Positions 8,244-17,844 of a stretch of 64,000 bases of DNA are shown here, piece after piece. Below the pieces are notes generated by a model. It did not search any database. It worked only from the letters and a program-made list of their open reading frames with translations, and was not told where the DNA came from. The stretch is from Acidobacteriota bacterium (GTDB lineage: Bacteria > Acidobacteriota > UBA890 > WLXD01): assembly GCA_965248695.1 (NCBI GenBank), contig CBDFKD010000002.1:800001-864000 (forward strand), read 5' to 3'. Numbering within the stretch: the first letter of the stretch is position 1; each line of letters starts with the position of its first letter. The translations under genes were made by a program, and so were the position numbers.

Positions 8244-9485
8244 CTAGGTGGACAGACCCCTCGCCGCGACAGGCCAGATTTCGTCGACGCGGTCGCCACG
8301 GATGGCGTACAGCTGATCGTAGAGGTTCACCACCGGGTCGCAGTGCGACACGATGAGCTCGAGCTTATCGCCGACGCGATAGGTGCGCGAAGGGTCGTCG
8401 TATCGCAGCACCCCGAACTCGTCGGAGCCCGAGCGGTACTGCATCCCGGACTCTCCCTTCACCATCGGCCAAGGCTGGTTGATGGTGCATGCCTTGGCGC
8501 CCGCGTCGGTGGTGACCTGCCCGTCGTACTGGTCGTTGAGCACCGTCGTGAGAATCGTCAGCGCGGGCTGGAAGTCGGAGTAAACCAGTGGGTCGGAGGT
8601 ACCGCCGATGGCCATGTACTGCGCATCCATGAATACGTAGCTACCCACCTGCACATCGGTGAGCCCGGGCGTCTCGTGGTCGATGTTGTAGGTACCGGTG
8701 CCGCCGCCGCTGAAGATCTCGGTGCTCAGGCCGGAGCTCTCGAAGAGCGTGGCTGTCTCGACCCCTGCCAACAGCCGCTGAAGGGTCTGTGCCCGTCGCG
8801 TGTCGAAGCCCTTCACATGCTGCGAGCCACCGTCGTAGCACAGCAGCCCCCGAAGCTGCAGCCCTGGTAGCCGGTCGATGCGCTGTGCCAGCTCGAGGGC
8901 CGGTTGACCCCCGGTGATGCCGGTGCGATGGGTTCCAGGGTCCACATCGACCACGACATCGGCGACGACGCCAATTGCTTGTGCAGCATCGGAAAGGTCC
9001 TGGGCGTTGTCGGGCGTGTCGGTGGCTTGAATGAAGCTCGAGCATTTCTTCCTCAGGCTCATCGCTCGGTTGATCTTGAACGGCGTCACGTTGCTGGTGG
9101 TCATCAAGATCTGCTCGATGCGGTGCTCGAACATCACCTCGGCCTCGCTCACCTTGGCGGTGCAGATGCCCACCGACCCTGAGTCGAGCTGCCTGCGAGC
9201 GATGGTCGGGCACTTGTGCGTCTTGGCATGCGGGCGGCTGGCGATCCCGTTGCCCGAGACGGCGCGCTGGCAGGTCGCCAGATTGGCCTCCAGCGCTTCC
9301 AGGTCAACGCAGAGCGCCGGCGTGTCCAGCTCCGACTTGGAAACACCGGCTTGATGCATTGACCTGTTGGCGGCCATCGACCGCATTTCCTCAGGTGAGT
9401 ATCCCTTCACGGACGTAGGAACCCATACGCCGGCGGCCCCGGCGGTCTGCAGGAAACGGCGGCGGGACAGCGGCGTGTTGCTCAC
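8244..9485 (-). CDS. DSD1/D-threonine aldolase family PLP enzyme (alanine racemase fold) with Tat signal
   Basis: SRRRFL Tat motif, LDTPALCVD, RPHAKTHK (PLP Lys), SGGGTGT, GSYVFMD, SHCDPVVNLYD. GTG start at 9485 is chosen; the ORF extends to 9590. Confidence 0.85.
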   Translation of the reverse strand: MSNTPLSRRRFLQTAGAAGVWVPTSVKGYSPEEMRSMAANRSMHQAGVSKSELDTPALCVDLEALEANLATCQRAVSGNGIASRPHAKTHKCPTIARRQLDSGSVGICTAKVSEAEVMFEHRIEQILMTTSNVTPFKINRAMSLRKKCSSFIQATDTPDNAQDLSDAAQAIGVVADVVVDVDPGTHRTGITGGQPALELAQRIDRLPGLQLRGLLCYDGGSQHVKGFDTRRAQTLQRLLAGVETATLFESSGLSTEIFSGGGTGTYNIDHETPGLTDVQVGSYVFMDAQYMAIGGTSDPLVYSDFQPALTILTTVLNDQYDGQVTTDAGAKACTINQPWPMVKGESGMQYRSGSDEFGVLRYDDPSRTYRVGDKLELIVSHCDPVVNLYDQLYAIRGDRVDEIWPVAARGLST

Positions 9486-9601
9486 AGGGTTCTCCGTATT
9501 CGGGGCAGACGAAGCCGAAGCGCGGATAGTAGCGCGGGCGTCCGACCACGACCACGGAGGGTCAGTCCGTGTCACCTGCTCGACACTCACTGCCGCCGCC
9601 G

Positions 9602-9865
9602 TCAGACCACGCGCACCGACCCCTGGTTGACCTTGGCCGCCGGGCGGCCGCGAATCATCTGGAGGGTTGCCACGCGGCTATCGCAGGCCGGACAGCGGAT
9701 CTCGTGGTGGAGCTCGAGCGGAGGCTCGGTCAAGAAGACCCCGGCCCGGTCGGCAGCGATCTTATGGAGGAACATCTTGACCAGCCGCCCTTTGCCGCGC
9801 TTCCGGTAGCGAGCCAGCGGGTTACCGCAGGTGCACGCGACGTCGATGTACTGGCGCTGCGCCAC
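9602..9865 (-). CDS. Small basic zinc-ribbon protein
   Basis: CTCG...YRKRGKGRLVK...CPAC; 87 aa, in a co-oriented run. Confidence 0.65.
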   Translation of the reverse strand: MAQRQYIDVACTCGNPLARYRKRGKGRLVKMFLHKIAADRAGVFLTEPPLELHHEIRCPACDSRVATLQMIRGRPAAKVNQGSVRVV

Positions 9866-9877
9866 AGATCGCCTACG

Positions 9878-10141
9878 TCAGTCGCGGCTGCGCCAGCGCA
9901 TCTTCATGTACCGGTTGCCGGCCTCGAGCTCGGTCAGCATCTGCCCGAGGCGACGCGACCGCGTGTCGTTGCGCTTCGCCCGGGTGATCCAGCCGACGTA
10001 GTCGTTGCGCTGGTACGGGGGGCGTTCCTGGTACGCGGACATCAGCTGACGATCGACGAGGGCGTCACGAACGTAGGCCGGCATGGGATGTCGTGGCCGT
10101 TTGAGATTGGTAGGTTTTCCCTGCCTGCTCATGTCGTTCAT
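9878..10141 (-). CDS. YdeI/OmpD-associated family protein
   Basis: 'PPYQRNDYVGWITRAKRNDTRSRRLGQML'. Confidence 0.85.
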   Translation of the reverse strand: MNDMSRQGKPTNLKRPRHPMPAYVRDALVDRQLMSAYQERPPYQRNDYVGWITRAKRNDTRSRRLGQMLTELEAGNRYMKMRWRSRD

Positions 10142-10150
10142 TGAACCAGG

Positions 10151-10660
10151 CTACGGTGCGATCCGTCGAGCCAGACGGGAGACGAGAAAGGGCAAGAGAC
10201 GCCGATGCCCCTGCTTGACAGGGGTGAAGTAGACAGCGCCCAGCCAGGAGTCGTAGACCACGACGGTGCTCATCGTGAAGTCGGTCGACCCGAGGCGGGA
10301 TTCGACGTGATAGGAAACGAAAAACCGTAGACCTGGCGCGCGCCCCTGGACCACGACCTCATTGTCGGCACGGCCGGCGTCAACCCCGTCCAAGCGGGGT
10401 CCTGGGGCTCCGATCAGACGCTCCATTACCTCGCTCAACGAAACCGGACCCTCGGCAACCGTAGCCCGGTAGGCGTCGGAGTAGTCGCTCTTGCGCGAGA
10501 GCGCTTCGATCTTGCTGCCGTGCGGCAGCGCCACCTCGACCACTCCGGCGCGGGTTCCGATGAAGCGCACCGCCTCCAATGCAAGCAAGCCGAGCAGCAG
10601 GAGCACGGCACCGACGATCCCGACGCGCTTGAGCCACGTCTGCGCCCGGTCGGAACTCAC
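10151..10660 (-). CDS. DUF2867-like membrane-anchored protein
   Basis: N-terminal TM helix, 'DYSDAY', 'STVV...WLGAVYFTPVKQGHR'. Confidence 0.65.
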   Translation of the reverse strand: MSSDRAQTWLKRVGIVGAVLLLLGLLALEAVRFIGTRAGVVEVALPHGSKIEALSRKSDYSDAYRATVAEGPVSLSEVMERLIGAPGPRLDGVDAGRADNEVVVQGRAPGLRFFVSYHVESRLGSTDFTMSTVVVYDSWLGAVYFTPVKQGHRRLLPFLVSRLARRIAP

Positions 10661-10839
10661 GCTGGGCCCTGCTGACTACCGAGTATCTCCACGACGTTCT
10701 CACTGGCGGTGTGGCTGATCGCCTGACAACAACGATCGGCGTCGAGGTAAGCTGACGGCGCCTTTTCGTGCGGCTGCTACGTTCTTACTCCTGGTTTAGC
10801 AGGGTTGGGTGCCCTCTGGGTAGTCGCGAGGTCGAATCC

Positions 10840-11301
10840 GTGCGCCGAACCGCCGTCACTGTCTATGTCGTGTTCCTGATCGTCGTCGCTACCGTAGGTG
10901 TCGGGGTGGCGGCAGAGGCCGGTGTGCTGATTCCGGTAGCCGTGCCCTTCGCCGGGATCCTGGTCGTGGCGCTCAGGATTCTGGGACCGGACCCAGAACA
11001 GATCGGTTGGGCAGCGTTCACTGGTTGGCTGGGAATGACCTATCTCCAGGTGGGTGGGCCAATCGAGGTCGTCGCTTTCTTCACTTTGGTGACGCTTGGC
11101 GCGTTGGGTATCTTTCGCTCGTCCTGGTATCTGGCCGGCGCTTGGGCGGTGCATATTGCGTGGGACTTCTTGCCGCGGCAACTGCCCGAGCTGATGGTGG
11201 ACGTGCCGGTCGCTTGCATCGGCTTCGATGGCCTGATTGCCGCGTATCTGATCTGGTGCACACGGGCAGACCGCTGGTCGCCCTTCGAGAAGCGCGGCTG
11301 A
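10840..11301 (+). CDS. Hypothetical membrane protein (DUF6010-like)
   Basis: Multiple TM helices, 'WAVHIAWD...PVACIGFD'. Confidence 0.65.
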   Translation: MRRTAVTVYVVFLIVVATVGVGVAAEAGVLIPVAVPFAGILVVALRILGPDPEQIGWAAFTGWLGMTYLQVGGPIEVVAFFTLVTLGALGIFRSSWYLAGAWAVHIAWDFLPRQLPELMVDVPVACIGFDGLIAAYLIWCTRADRWSPFEKRG

Positions 11302-11326
11302 CCGAGCGTGTGCCGTGGAGGCGAGG

Positions 11327-12676
11327 ATGACGACGACCGATAGGAAGCCTCAGGTCACCCACCGCTATCTGGACGAAGATTCGTGCTCGCGCCACCTCTA
11401 CGACCGCGCCCTCAAGGTGATGCCGGGAGGCAACAGCCGGCACACCCTGATCATGGATCCGTATCCGATCTATGCCGCCAGCGGCGAGGGCTGCCGTGTC
11501 ACCGATGTGGAAGGGGAGGAGCGCATCGACTTCATCAACAACTACACGGCGCTGATCCGGGGCCACGCTGATCCGGAAGTTACCGCGACGGTGCGCGATT
11601 TGGTCGGCCGCGGTACGGCGTTCGCGATGCCGACCGAAAGCGACATTCGCCTCGCCGAGTTGCTCGTCGACCGAGTGCCCGGCATGCAGCAGATACGCTT
11701 CGCAAACTCTGGTAGCGAGGGCGTTCTGCTGACGATCCGCGCCGCGCGCGCCTTCACCGGTCGTTCCAAGGTGGCCAAGTTCGAGGGTTGCTACCACGGC
11801 GTGTACGACTACGCCCAGGCGAGCGACAGCTCGCGGCCGCGCAACTGGGGCGATGCGCAGCGCCCGCGCACGACGTTGGAACCAAGTATGGCGCGCAGCC
11901 TGCTCGATGATGTCGTGACGCTGCCCTGGAACGATATCGAGGCTTGTCGAGAGCTGATTGTTGGCAACGCCGACGAGCTTTCAGCGGTGGTCTTCGATCC
12001 ACTCCCTGCCGCACTTGGCTTTGTCGCACCGGAGCAGGACTTCGTCGAATTCCTCCGTGGGGTAACCGAGCAACACGGCATTCTGCTGATTGCCGACGAG
12101 GTGCTGTCGTTCCGGGTTGGCTACGAGGGCGCCTGCGCAGCTCACGGCGTCGAGCCCGATCTGGTGTCCCTGGGCAAGATCATTGGCGGTGGGTTCCCGG
12201 TTGGCGCGGTCATGGGCAAGAAGGCAGTGATGGAGGTGTTCGATCACCGCCTGGGGGAGAAGGTGCACCACGGTGGGACCTACAACGGCAATCCGGTCAC
12301 CATGACGGCTGGATACGAGACCATGCGGCAGATGACGCGGGAAGCCTATGACCAGATGGCGGCCCTCGCCGATCGATTGCGAGCCGGAGTGGCGGATACC
12401 GTCCATCGTCACGGGATCCCGTGCCAGGTAACCGGGCGCGGCTCGCTATTCGGTCTGCTGATCACGGATTCGCCCATTCGCAACTTCCGCGGCCTGGTAG
12501 CCAGCCTTTCGACAAAGCCCGAGTCGACTACGCTGGCAGCGGAAATGTTGAACCACGGCGTCCTTCTGGGAGTGCGCGGAGTGCTGGGATGCCTGTCGAC
12601 GCCGATGGGTGACGATGAGGTCGACGCCTTCGTCGCCGCGCTCGACGAATCGTTGCGCGCCGTCGCGGCCCGCTAG
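11327..12676 (+). CDS. Class III aminotransferase (glutamate-1-semialdehyde aminomutase-like)
   Basis: RFANSGSE, KFEGCYHG, LIADEV, GKIIGGGFPVGA, GTYNGNP. Confidence 0.9.
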   Translation: MTTTDRKPQVTHRYLDEDSCSRHLYDRALKVMPGGNSRHTLIMDPYPIYAASGEGCRVTDVEGEERIDFINNYTALIRGHADPEVTATVRDLVGRGTAFAMPTESDIRLAELLVDRVPGMQQIRFANSGSEGVLLTIRAARAFTGRSKVAKFEGCYHGVYDYAQASDSSRPRNWGDAQRPRTTLEPSMARSLLDDVVTLPWNDIEACRELIVGNADELSAVVFDPLPAALGFVAPEQDFVEFLRGVTEQHGILLIADEVLSFRVGYEGACAAHGVEPDLVSLGKIIGGGFPVGAVMGKKAVMEVFDHRLGEKVHHGGTYNGNPVTMTAGYETMRQMTREAYDQMAALADRLRAGVADTVHRHGIPCQVTGRGSLFGLLITDSPIRNFRGLVASLSTKPESTTLAAEMLNHGVLLGVRGVLGCLSTPMGDDEVDAFVAALDESLRAVAAR

Positions 12677-12707
12677 AGTCCTTCAGGAACCGCGGGTTCC
12701 CGTTTGC

Positions 12708-14111
12708 GAGATATAACCGGAAGTTGTGGATGGGAGGAAAAAGAAAGGCGGCGTAACCTTCGCTGGGATCATCAACAACCAGCAGCCGGCTGTGGAGGCC
12801 GGGAAGGAGACGCCACCCGTGCTCAAGATTATCGGTGGATCGGACGCGGAGGAAGGACAGCTGACACTGGACGTCGATGAGCTCGCCCGGCAGGGCGCGC
12901 TGCAGATGCTGGCAACAGCACTGGAGTGGGAGGTTCAGGAGTATATCCAGAGCCACGCCGGGCAACTGGATGAAGCCGGCCGTCGGCAAGTGGTACGCAA
13001 CGGTCGGGCTCGCGCACGCAAGATCACGTTGGGGTGCGGGACGGTGCAAGTAGCCGCGCCACGGGTCAACGACAAGCGGCTCGACGAGCAGGGACTGAGG
13101 CAGCGGTTCAGCAGTCGGATCCTGCCGCCCTACATGCGGCGCTCGCCGAAGGTGGCGGAGGTGCTGCCGGTGCTGTACCTGCGGGGCCTGTCGACGGGCG
13201 ACTTCAAGGAGGCGCTGCCGATCTTACTGGGACAGGAAGCCAGCGGGCTGTCGGCATCGGCGATCTGCCGGCTGACGAACGCCTGGAGCACGGAGTACGA
13301 GGCATTCCGGAAGCTGGATCTGTCCACCAAGCAGTACGTATACGTGTGGGCGGACGGTGTGCACTTCAACATTCGACTCGAGGATGATCGGCTGTGCACG
13401 CTGGTGATCCTGGGCGTTTTGCCGGACGGAACCAAGGAGCTCATCGCGGTCGAGGACGGGTATCGAGAGAGCACCGAGAGCTGGGCGTTCGTGCTCCGGG
13501 AGCTGAAGCGTCGAGGCATGCGGGCGCCGCTCGTGGCAGTGGGTGATGGGGCGCTGGGGTTCTGGGCGGCGGTGCGGGATGTATGGCCCCAGACTCGAGA
13601 GCAACGATGCTGGGTGCATCGGCTTGGCAACGTGCTCGACAAGCTACCGAGGCGGCTGCAGGCCAAAGCCAAGCGCGCGCTGCACGAGATCATCGGTGCG
13701 CCAACGCGCGAGGATGCTCAGGAGGGCATGGCGCGGTTCGCAGCCGACTACGGCGCCAAGTACTCCAAGGCCGTGGCGTCGTTGCAACGCGACTCCGACA
13801 AGCTGCTGACGTTCTACGACTTCCCCGCCGACCACTGGGTTCATCTGCGCACGGCCAACCCGATCGAGTCGGCGTTCGCCACCGTACGCCTGAGACAACG
13901 CGTCACCAAGGGCGCCGGCTCACGCACCAAGGCGCTGACGATGGCATTCAAGCTCCTGGAGATGGCACAGCAACGATGGCGCCGCATCAACGCTCCTCAC
14001 CTCACTGCCCTCGTACTCGAGGGCGCCACATTCGTCGATGGAGTTCACCTGATCGCTAGCGAAGACGCCGCCTGAACAAATCCACCGATCCACAACATTT
14101 GCAAATAACTC
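12708..14111 (+). mobile_element. IS256 family insertion sequence with 9-bp target duplication
   Basis: Imperfect TIRs GAGATATAACCGGAAGTTGTGGAT / (rc) GAGTTATTTGCAAATGTTGTGGAT; CCCGTTTGC at 12699-12707 and 14112-14120. Confidence 0.92.
12726..14075 (+). CDS. IS256 family transposase
   Basis: YLRGLSTGDF, YVWADG, GDGALGFW, QRCWVH, TANPIESAF (DDE). True start may be the GTG near 12819. Confidence 0.95.
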   Translation: MDGRKKKGGVTFAGIINNQQPAVEAGKETPPVLKIIGGSDAEEGQLTLDVDELARQGALQMLATALEWEVQEYIQSHAGQLDEAGRRQVVRNGRARARKITLGCGTVQVAAPRVNDKRLDEQGLRQRFSSRILPPYMRRSPKVAEVLPVLYLRGLSTGDFKEALPILLGQEASGLSASAICRLTNAWSTEYEAFRKLDLSTKQYVYVWADGVHFNIRLEDDRLCTLVILGVLPDGTKELIAVEDGYRESTESWAFVLRELKRRGMRAPLVAVGDGALGFWAAVRDVWPQTREQRCWVHRLGNVLDKLPRRLQAKAKRALHEIIGAPTREDAQEGMARFAADYGAKYSKAVASLQRDSDKLLTFYDFPADHWVHLRTANPIESAFATVRLRQRVTKGAGSRTKALTMAFKLLEMAQQRWRRINAPHLTALVLEGATFVDGVHLIASEDAA

Positions 14112-15102
14112 CCCGTTTGCTCCCACTGGTCCTGTTCGGGGTAGCTCTGCACGAGCCTCGTCAGAGCATCGAGAACCACCGACCAGGCGGAGGACCCGGG
14201 CACGGAAGGCTCGAAGTGGCCGGCGCCGGGAATGATATTGACGCGCACGTCATCCCCGGCTGCCGCCGCCGCCTGCGCGAAGGCGCGCACTCCATCGGCG
14301 GAGACGATGGGATCGGCGGCGCCGTTCACCAGGACGATCGGCGTGCCGAGGGGTAGCCGAGCCGCGGGTGAGCCGTCTGCGTAGCGCTCGGGACGGGCCT
14401 CGGGGCCGCCGCCCATCAACCGATCAACGGCGCCGTGGCAACTCTGCGCCGGACCGATGCGATAGGCCGCGAGATCCGTGATCGGTGCCAGGGCGACGAC
14501 GCCACGAATGGCCACGGGAGATGGGCGGTATAGCTCGCTCTGCTGATCGAGTCGAGCGCGGGTAGCGCTCCAGAGGGCGAGATGTCCGCCAGCCGAGTGG
14601 CCAGCGACGGCGACCCGGGCGAGGTCCAGCGGATGGGACTCACTGAGGCTGCGGAGATGGTCGATGGCGTCGGCGATGTCGAGGAAGGTCATCGGCCAGC
14701 CCCCGTCGCCTGCGACGCGCCGATACTCGATTGTCCAGGTGGCGATGCCCGCCTCAGCGACGGCTGCAGCCAGGTGGCGGAAGTACGAGTAGTCGAAGTC
14801 TTGCAGCCAGCAGCCCCCATGGATCAGGACGGCGACCGGATGTGGCCCTGGACCGGGTGGTACGCGTAACTCACCAAACTGGTCGGGGTGCTCGCCGTAC
14901 TCGATCCGGGGCGCCGGTTCTGGCAATGGTAGCGACTGAACTTCCGACCACGTCAACGGGACGCCAGGTGACAGGTGTTCCGGCGTCCTTTCGGGGTTGG
15001 CTGGCGCAGAGTGGCCGTTGGAGGCGCCGGCGATGAGATACACCCTCCGAGCGCACAGATCCAGGTGGTTGCCGCCAGGACTGCCAATCTCCTGTTTCCC
15101 AT
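14045..15102 (-). CDS. Alpha/beta hydrolase (esterase/lipase), probable lipoprotein; 5' frameshift and IS-altered C-terminus
   Basis: HGGCW, GHSAGG, D and GAGHF. A separate frame from ATG 15102 gives a lipoprotein signal MGNRRLAVLAATTWICALGGC. Confidence 0.8.
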
Positions 15103-15276
15103 GAGGACGCTCTTGGGTCGCGATGCTGTTGCGCTTGCAGAAGCTACCCATCGGAATGAGTCGCGGCGAATCGAGCAGGAGCGCTAGCGGCATCCGAATC
15201 GCAGCGCTTCCCGGCGTTCGAGATGCCAACGGCGGTCTGGGGAACCGAGGGGAGTGCAGCGGGTTCGGGCTTCAGG

Positions 15277-16293
15277 TCAGTACTCGGCCCCCATGTCGTC
15301 GTTCTTTGTTGTTGCCTCGATCACGAAACGTGGCCTCTTGCGCGCCTCGTCGAGGGCGCGCCACAAGTACTCACCGAGGACTCCTAGCATCAGCATCTGC
15401 ATTCCTCCGAGCACCAGGACGGCGACCATTAGTGATGCGTAGCCTTGGACCGGTGACCCTCGTACCAGGGCGTTGAACGCGACGAACCCGCCGTACGCGA
15501 TACCGGACGCGCCGACGACGACGCCTGCGTACGTCATGATCCGGATCGGCTTGTAGGTGAAGGCCGTGATCGAATCAACGAGGATCTTCAGCTTTCGCTC
15601 CAAGCTCCAGCCCGAGGTGCCGTGTTGCCTTTGGCTCTTGTCGTACGCAACTACCTCCTGACGGAAGCCGAGCCAAGTAAGAAGCCCCATCGTAGTCACA
15701 TTCGCTTCGCTGAACTTCTCGAAGGCGCGAACGACCTGATGGTCGACCAGGAAGAAGTCAGAGCCGGTCGGGGGCATCTGATCCAATCCCACGAAATTAC
15801 GCATGAGGTAGAAATAGAGCCTGGAGAAACCGCGTGTCATCGCGCTGTCACCTGGCCGCCCACGCCTGATTCCCCAGACGATTTGCGCACCGTCACGCCA
15901 CTGGTCGATCAGATCCGGAATCAGCTCGGGGGGGTCCTGGAGGTCTGCGGCCAGGATCACCGCGCAGTCGCCGGTCGCTCTGGAAAGGCCACACGCGAGT
16001 GCCAGGTGTGCACCGACGTTGCGCGCCAGTCGGACCCCGCAGATGCTGGGATTGGAAGCCGCAAGCGCCTGCAGCGCACGAAACGTCCCGTCTGAAGAAT
16101 GGTCGTCTATGACAATCCACTCCCACGTACAGTCAATACCGCCGAGCGTTCGCATCAGCCGCTCGTGCAGGATCGGGAGGTTCTCCTCCTCGTTGTACGC
16201 GGGAGTGATCACCGAAAGCCGGATCGGTCGGGATGCCATTGCTGATCCGTCAGAAGACCGGTCCATCGACAAGCTTCTATTCTCTCGCTGCAA
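15277..16293 (-). CDS. Glycosyltransferase family 2 (GtrB/ArnC-like polyprenyl-phosphate GT)
   Basis: PAYNEEEN, DDHSSDGT, ADLQDPPE, two C-terminal TM helices, GEYLWR...RPRF. Confidence 0.92.
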   Translation of the reverse strand: MQRENRSLSMDRSSDGSAMASRPIRLSVITPAYNEEENLPILHERLMRTLGGIDCTWEWIVIDDHSSDGTFRALQALAASNPSICGVRLARNVGAHLALACGLSRATGDCAVILAADLQDPPELIPDLIDQWRDGAQIVWGIRRGRPGDSAMTRGFSRLYFYLMRNFVGLDQMPPTGSDFFLVDHQVVRAFEKFSEANVTTMGLLTWLGFRQEVVAYDKSQRQHGTSGWSLERKLKILVDSITAFTYKPIRIMTYAGVVVGASGIAYGGFVAFNALVRGSPVQGYASLMVAVLVLGGMQMLMLGVLGEYLWRALDEARKRPRFVIEATTKNDDMGAEY

Positions 16294-17137
16294 GCGGTTT
16301 TGCCGCTGTCAGCTTGAAGTACTTGAACAGACGCCCCGACATTGGAAGCGCGGCAGTGAGATAGTCATCGATGATCGTCTCGGATTCGACACCTGCGTTC
16401 TTGCGCAGCGAGGCCTCGCCCAGAAACCATCGGTGCTGTACGCGCACGTCGACGAACCCGATTTTGACGAAGAGGTCGCGAGTCGCTCGCGGGTCCATGC
16501 CACCTTTGGTCATCTTCTGGAACTCGGCTAATCGGGTGATTTCCTCGTCGACGCCAAAGTCCTCCTGTATCTGACGAGCCTTGCCAAGCACGTTGTCACG
16601 CTCTGCCGTTACAAGATCGGAGCTGACGGCCGGGTCGCTGTCAACACGATGGAGAAACTCGAAGTACTCCTCGTTGGGGTCTTCGTCAGAGTAGAAAGTG
16701 CCGCCGGGCTTGAGGACTCGATACACCTCGGCCACGACAGCTTGCAGATGCTCAATGTGGTGAAGCACGCCGTACGCGGTGCAGACATTGGCCGTCGAAT
16801 CGTCGAGAGGAATCCGACGAATGTCACCCAGAGCGACCTTAATATTGGGCGCAGGCTCGACTAGTGAGAGCATGCGCGGCGTCGCGTCAACGCCGACTAT
16901 TCTGTCAAAGTGGCTCCTCGCAAGCGAACAGATGAACCCTGTTCCGCATCCGAGATCGAGCAGTACCTGGTTGCCTGATCGTTCGGCACTGCGCTCGATG
17001 ATCCCCGTAACGCGAGCTCTATTGATGTCGTCGTCGAAGTACGGTTGTGAGCCAGCGTAGTGCTGCGCCAACTCCGAGTGGAAGCGAACGTTCGCCTCGA
17101 GTACATCGTCCCGGGAACCGGACATCCCGTGAGTCAT
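16277..17137 (-). CDS. Class I SAM-dependent methyltransferase
   Basis: LLDLGCGTG, LHHI, RVLKPGG. Confidence 0.9.
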   Translation of the reverse strand: MTHGMSGSRDDVLEANVRFHSELAQHYAGSQPYFDDDINRARVTGIIERSAERSGNQVLLDLGCGTGFICSLARSHFDRIVGVDATPRMLSLVEPAPNIKVALGDIRRIPLDDSTANVCTAYGVLHHIEHLQAVVAEVYRVLKPGGTFYSDEDPNEEYFEFLHRVDSDPAVSSDLVTAERDNVLGKARQIQEDFGVDEEITRLAEFQKMTKGGMDPRATRDLFVKIGFVDVRVQHRWFLGEASLRKNAGVESETIIDDYLTAALPMSGRLFKYFKLTAAKPLAARE

Positions 17138-17844
17138 CGATTACCTCCTCCTGCTCGAAGCCCAGCCGAGCTGGGCTTCGGATCACAGGCTTGTTCGCGG
17201 CTGGAGGATTGGATGCACTCGATGGGAGTCGGAGGGTCGCAGGACGCGTTGCGAAAGTCCACGCGGCGAGTTTTCGTATCGAGAATCGCGTACGGGGCTC
17301 CCGGGCTCCCGTCTCGGGGCTGTCCACAGCTCCCCGGATTGACGATGATCTTGTCGCCGACAAGTCGGTGCAACGCGTGGTGCGTGTGGCCGAGCACGAT
17401 TACCTCCGCATCGACGCACGCGAAGCGATCGAATCCTGAGAAATCTGGATAAACATATTCCTCGAGGTGGTCCCAGGGGCTGCCATGGCATACGTGGAAC
17501 CGAAGGCCGCCGAACGAGCGCTCTATCATTGTCGGGAGCGCCCGCAGAAAGGCCCCGTGCTCCTCGGTGAGGCGTGACTTGGTGTACGAGACGGAGCGTC
17601 TCAAGACCGTTCCTGCACCAGGCGGCAAGGCCTCCAGATACGCATCGTGGTTGCCTTTGACGCATTCGACGCCACGTCGCACCAGATCCCGGATCACCCC
17701 GTTGGGTTCAGTGTAGTACCCCGTAATGTCGCCCGCACAGAGCACCCGATCAACGCCGCGTAGATCATGCAACACCGCCCGGAGGGCGGGCCTGTTCGCG
17801 TGGACATCGGAGATCAGCCCGACTTTCACTCGCCATCCCACCAT
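17134..17844 (-). CDS. Metallophosphoesterase (YfcE-like)
   Basis: SDVHAN, AGD, GNHD, HGSP, GHTH, NPGSCGQPRDG. Confidence 0.9.
   Translation of the reverse strand: MVGWRVKVGLISDVHANRPALRAVLHDLRGVDRVLCAGDITGYYTEPNGVIRDLVRRGVECVKGNHDAYLEALPPGAGTVLRRSVSYTKSRLTEEHGAFLRALPTMIERSFGGLRFHVCHGSPWDHLEEYVYPDFSGFDRFACVDAEVIVLGHTHHALHRLVGDKIIVNPGSCGQPRDGSPGAPYAILDTKTRRVDFRNASCDPPTPIECIQSSSREQACDPKPSSAGLRAGGGNR

Noticed and set aside
11327-12676. hemL assignment
   Set aside because: Family motifs are present but it is divergent and has no tetrapyrrole context; left as class III aminotransferase.
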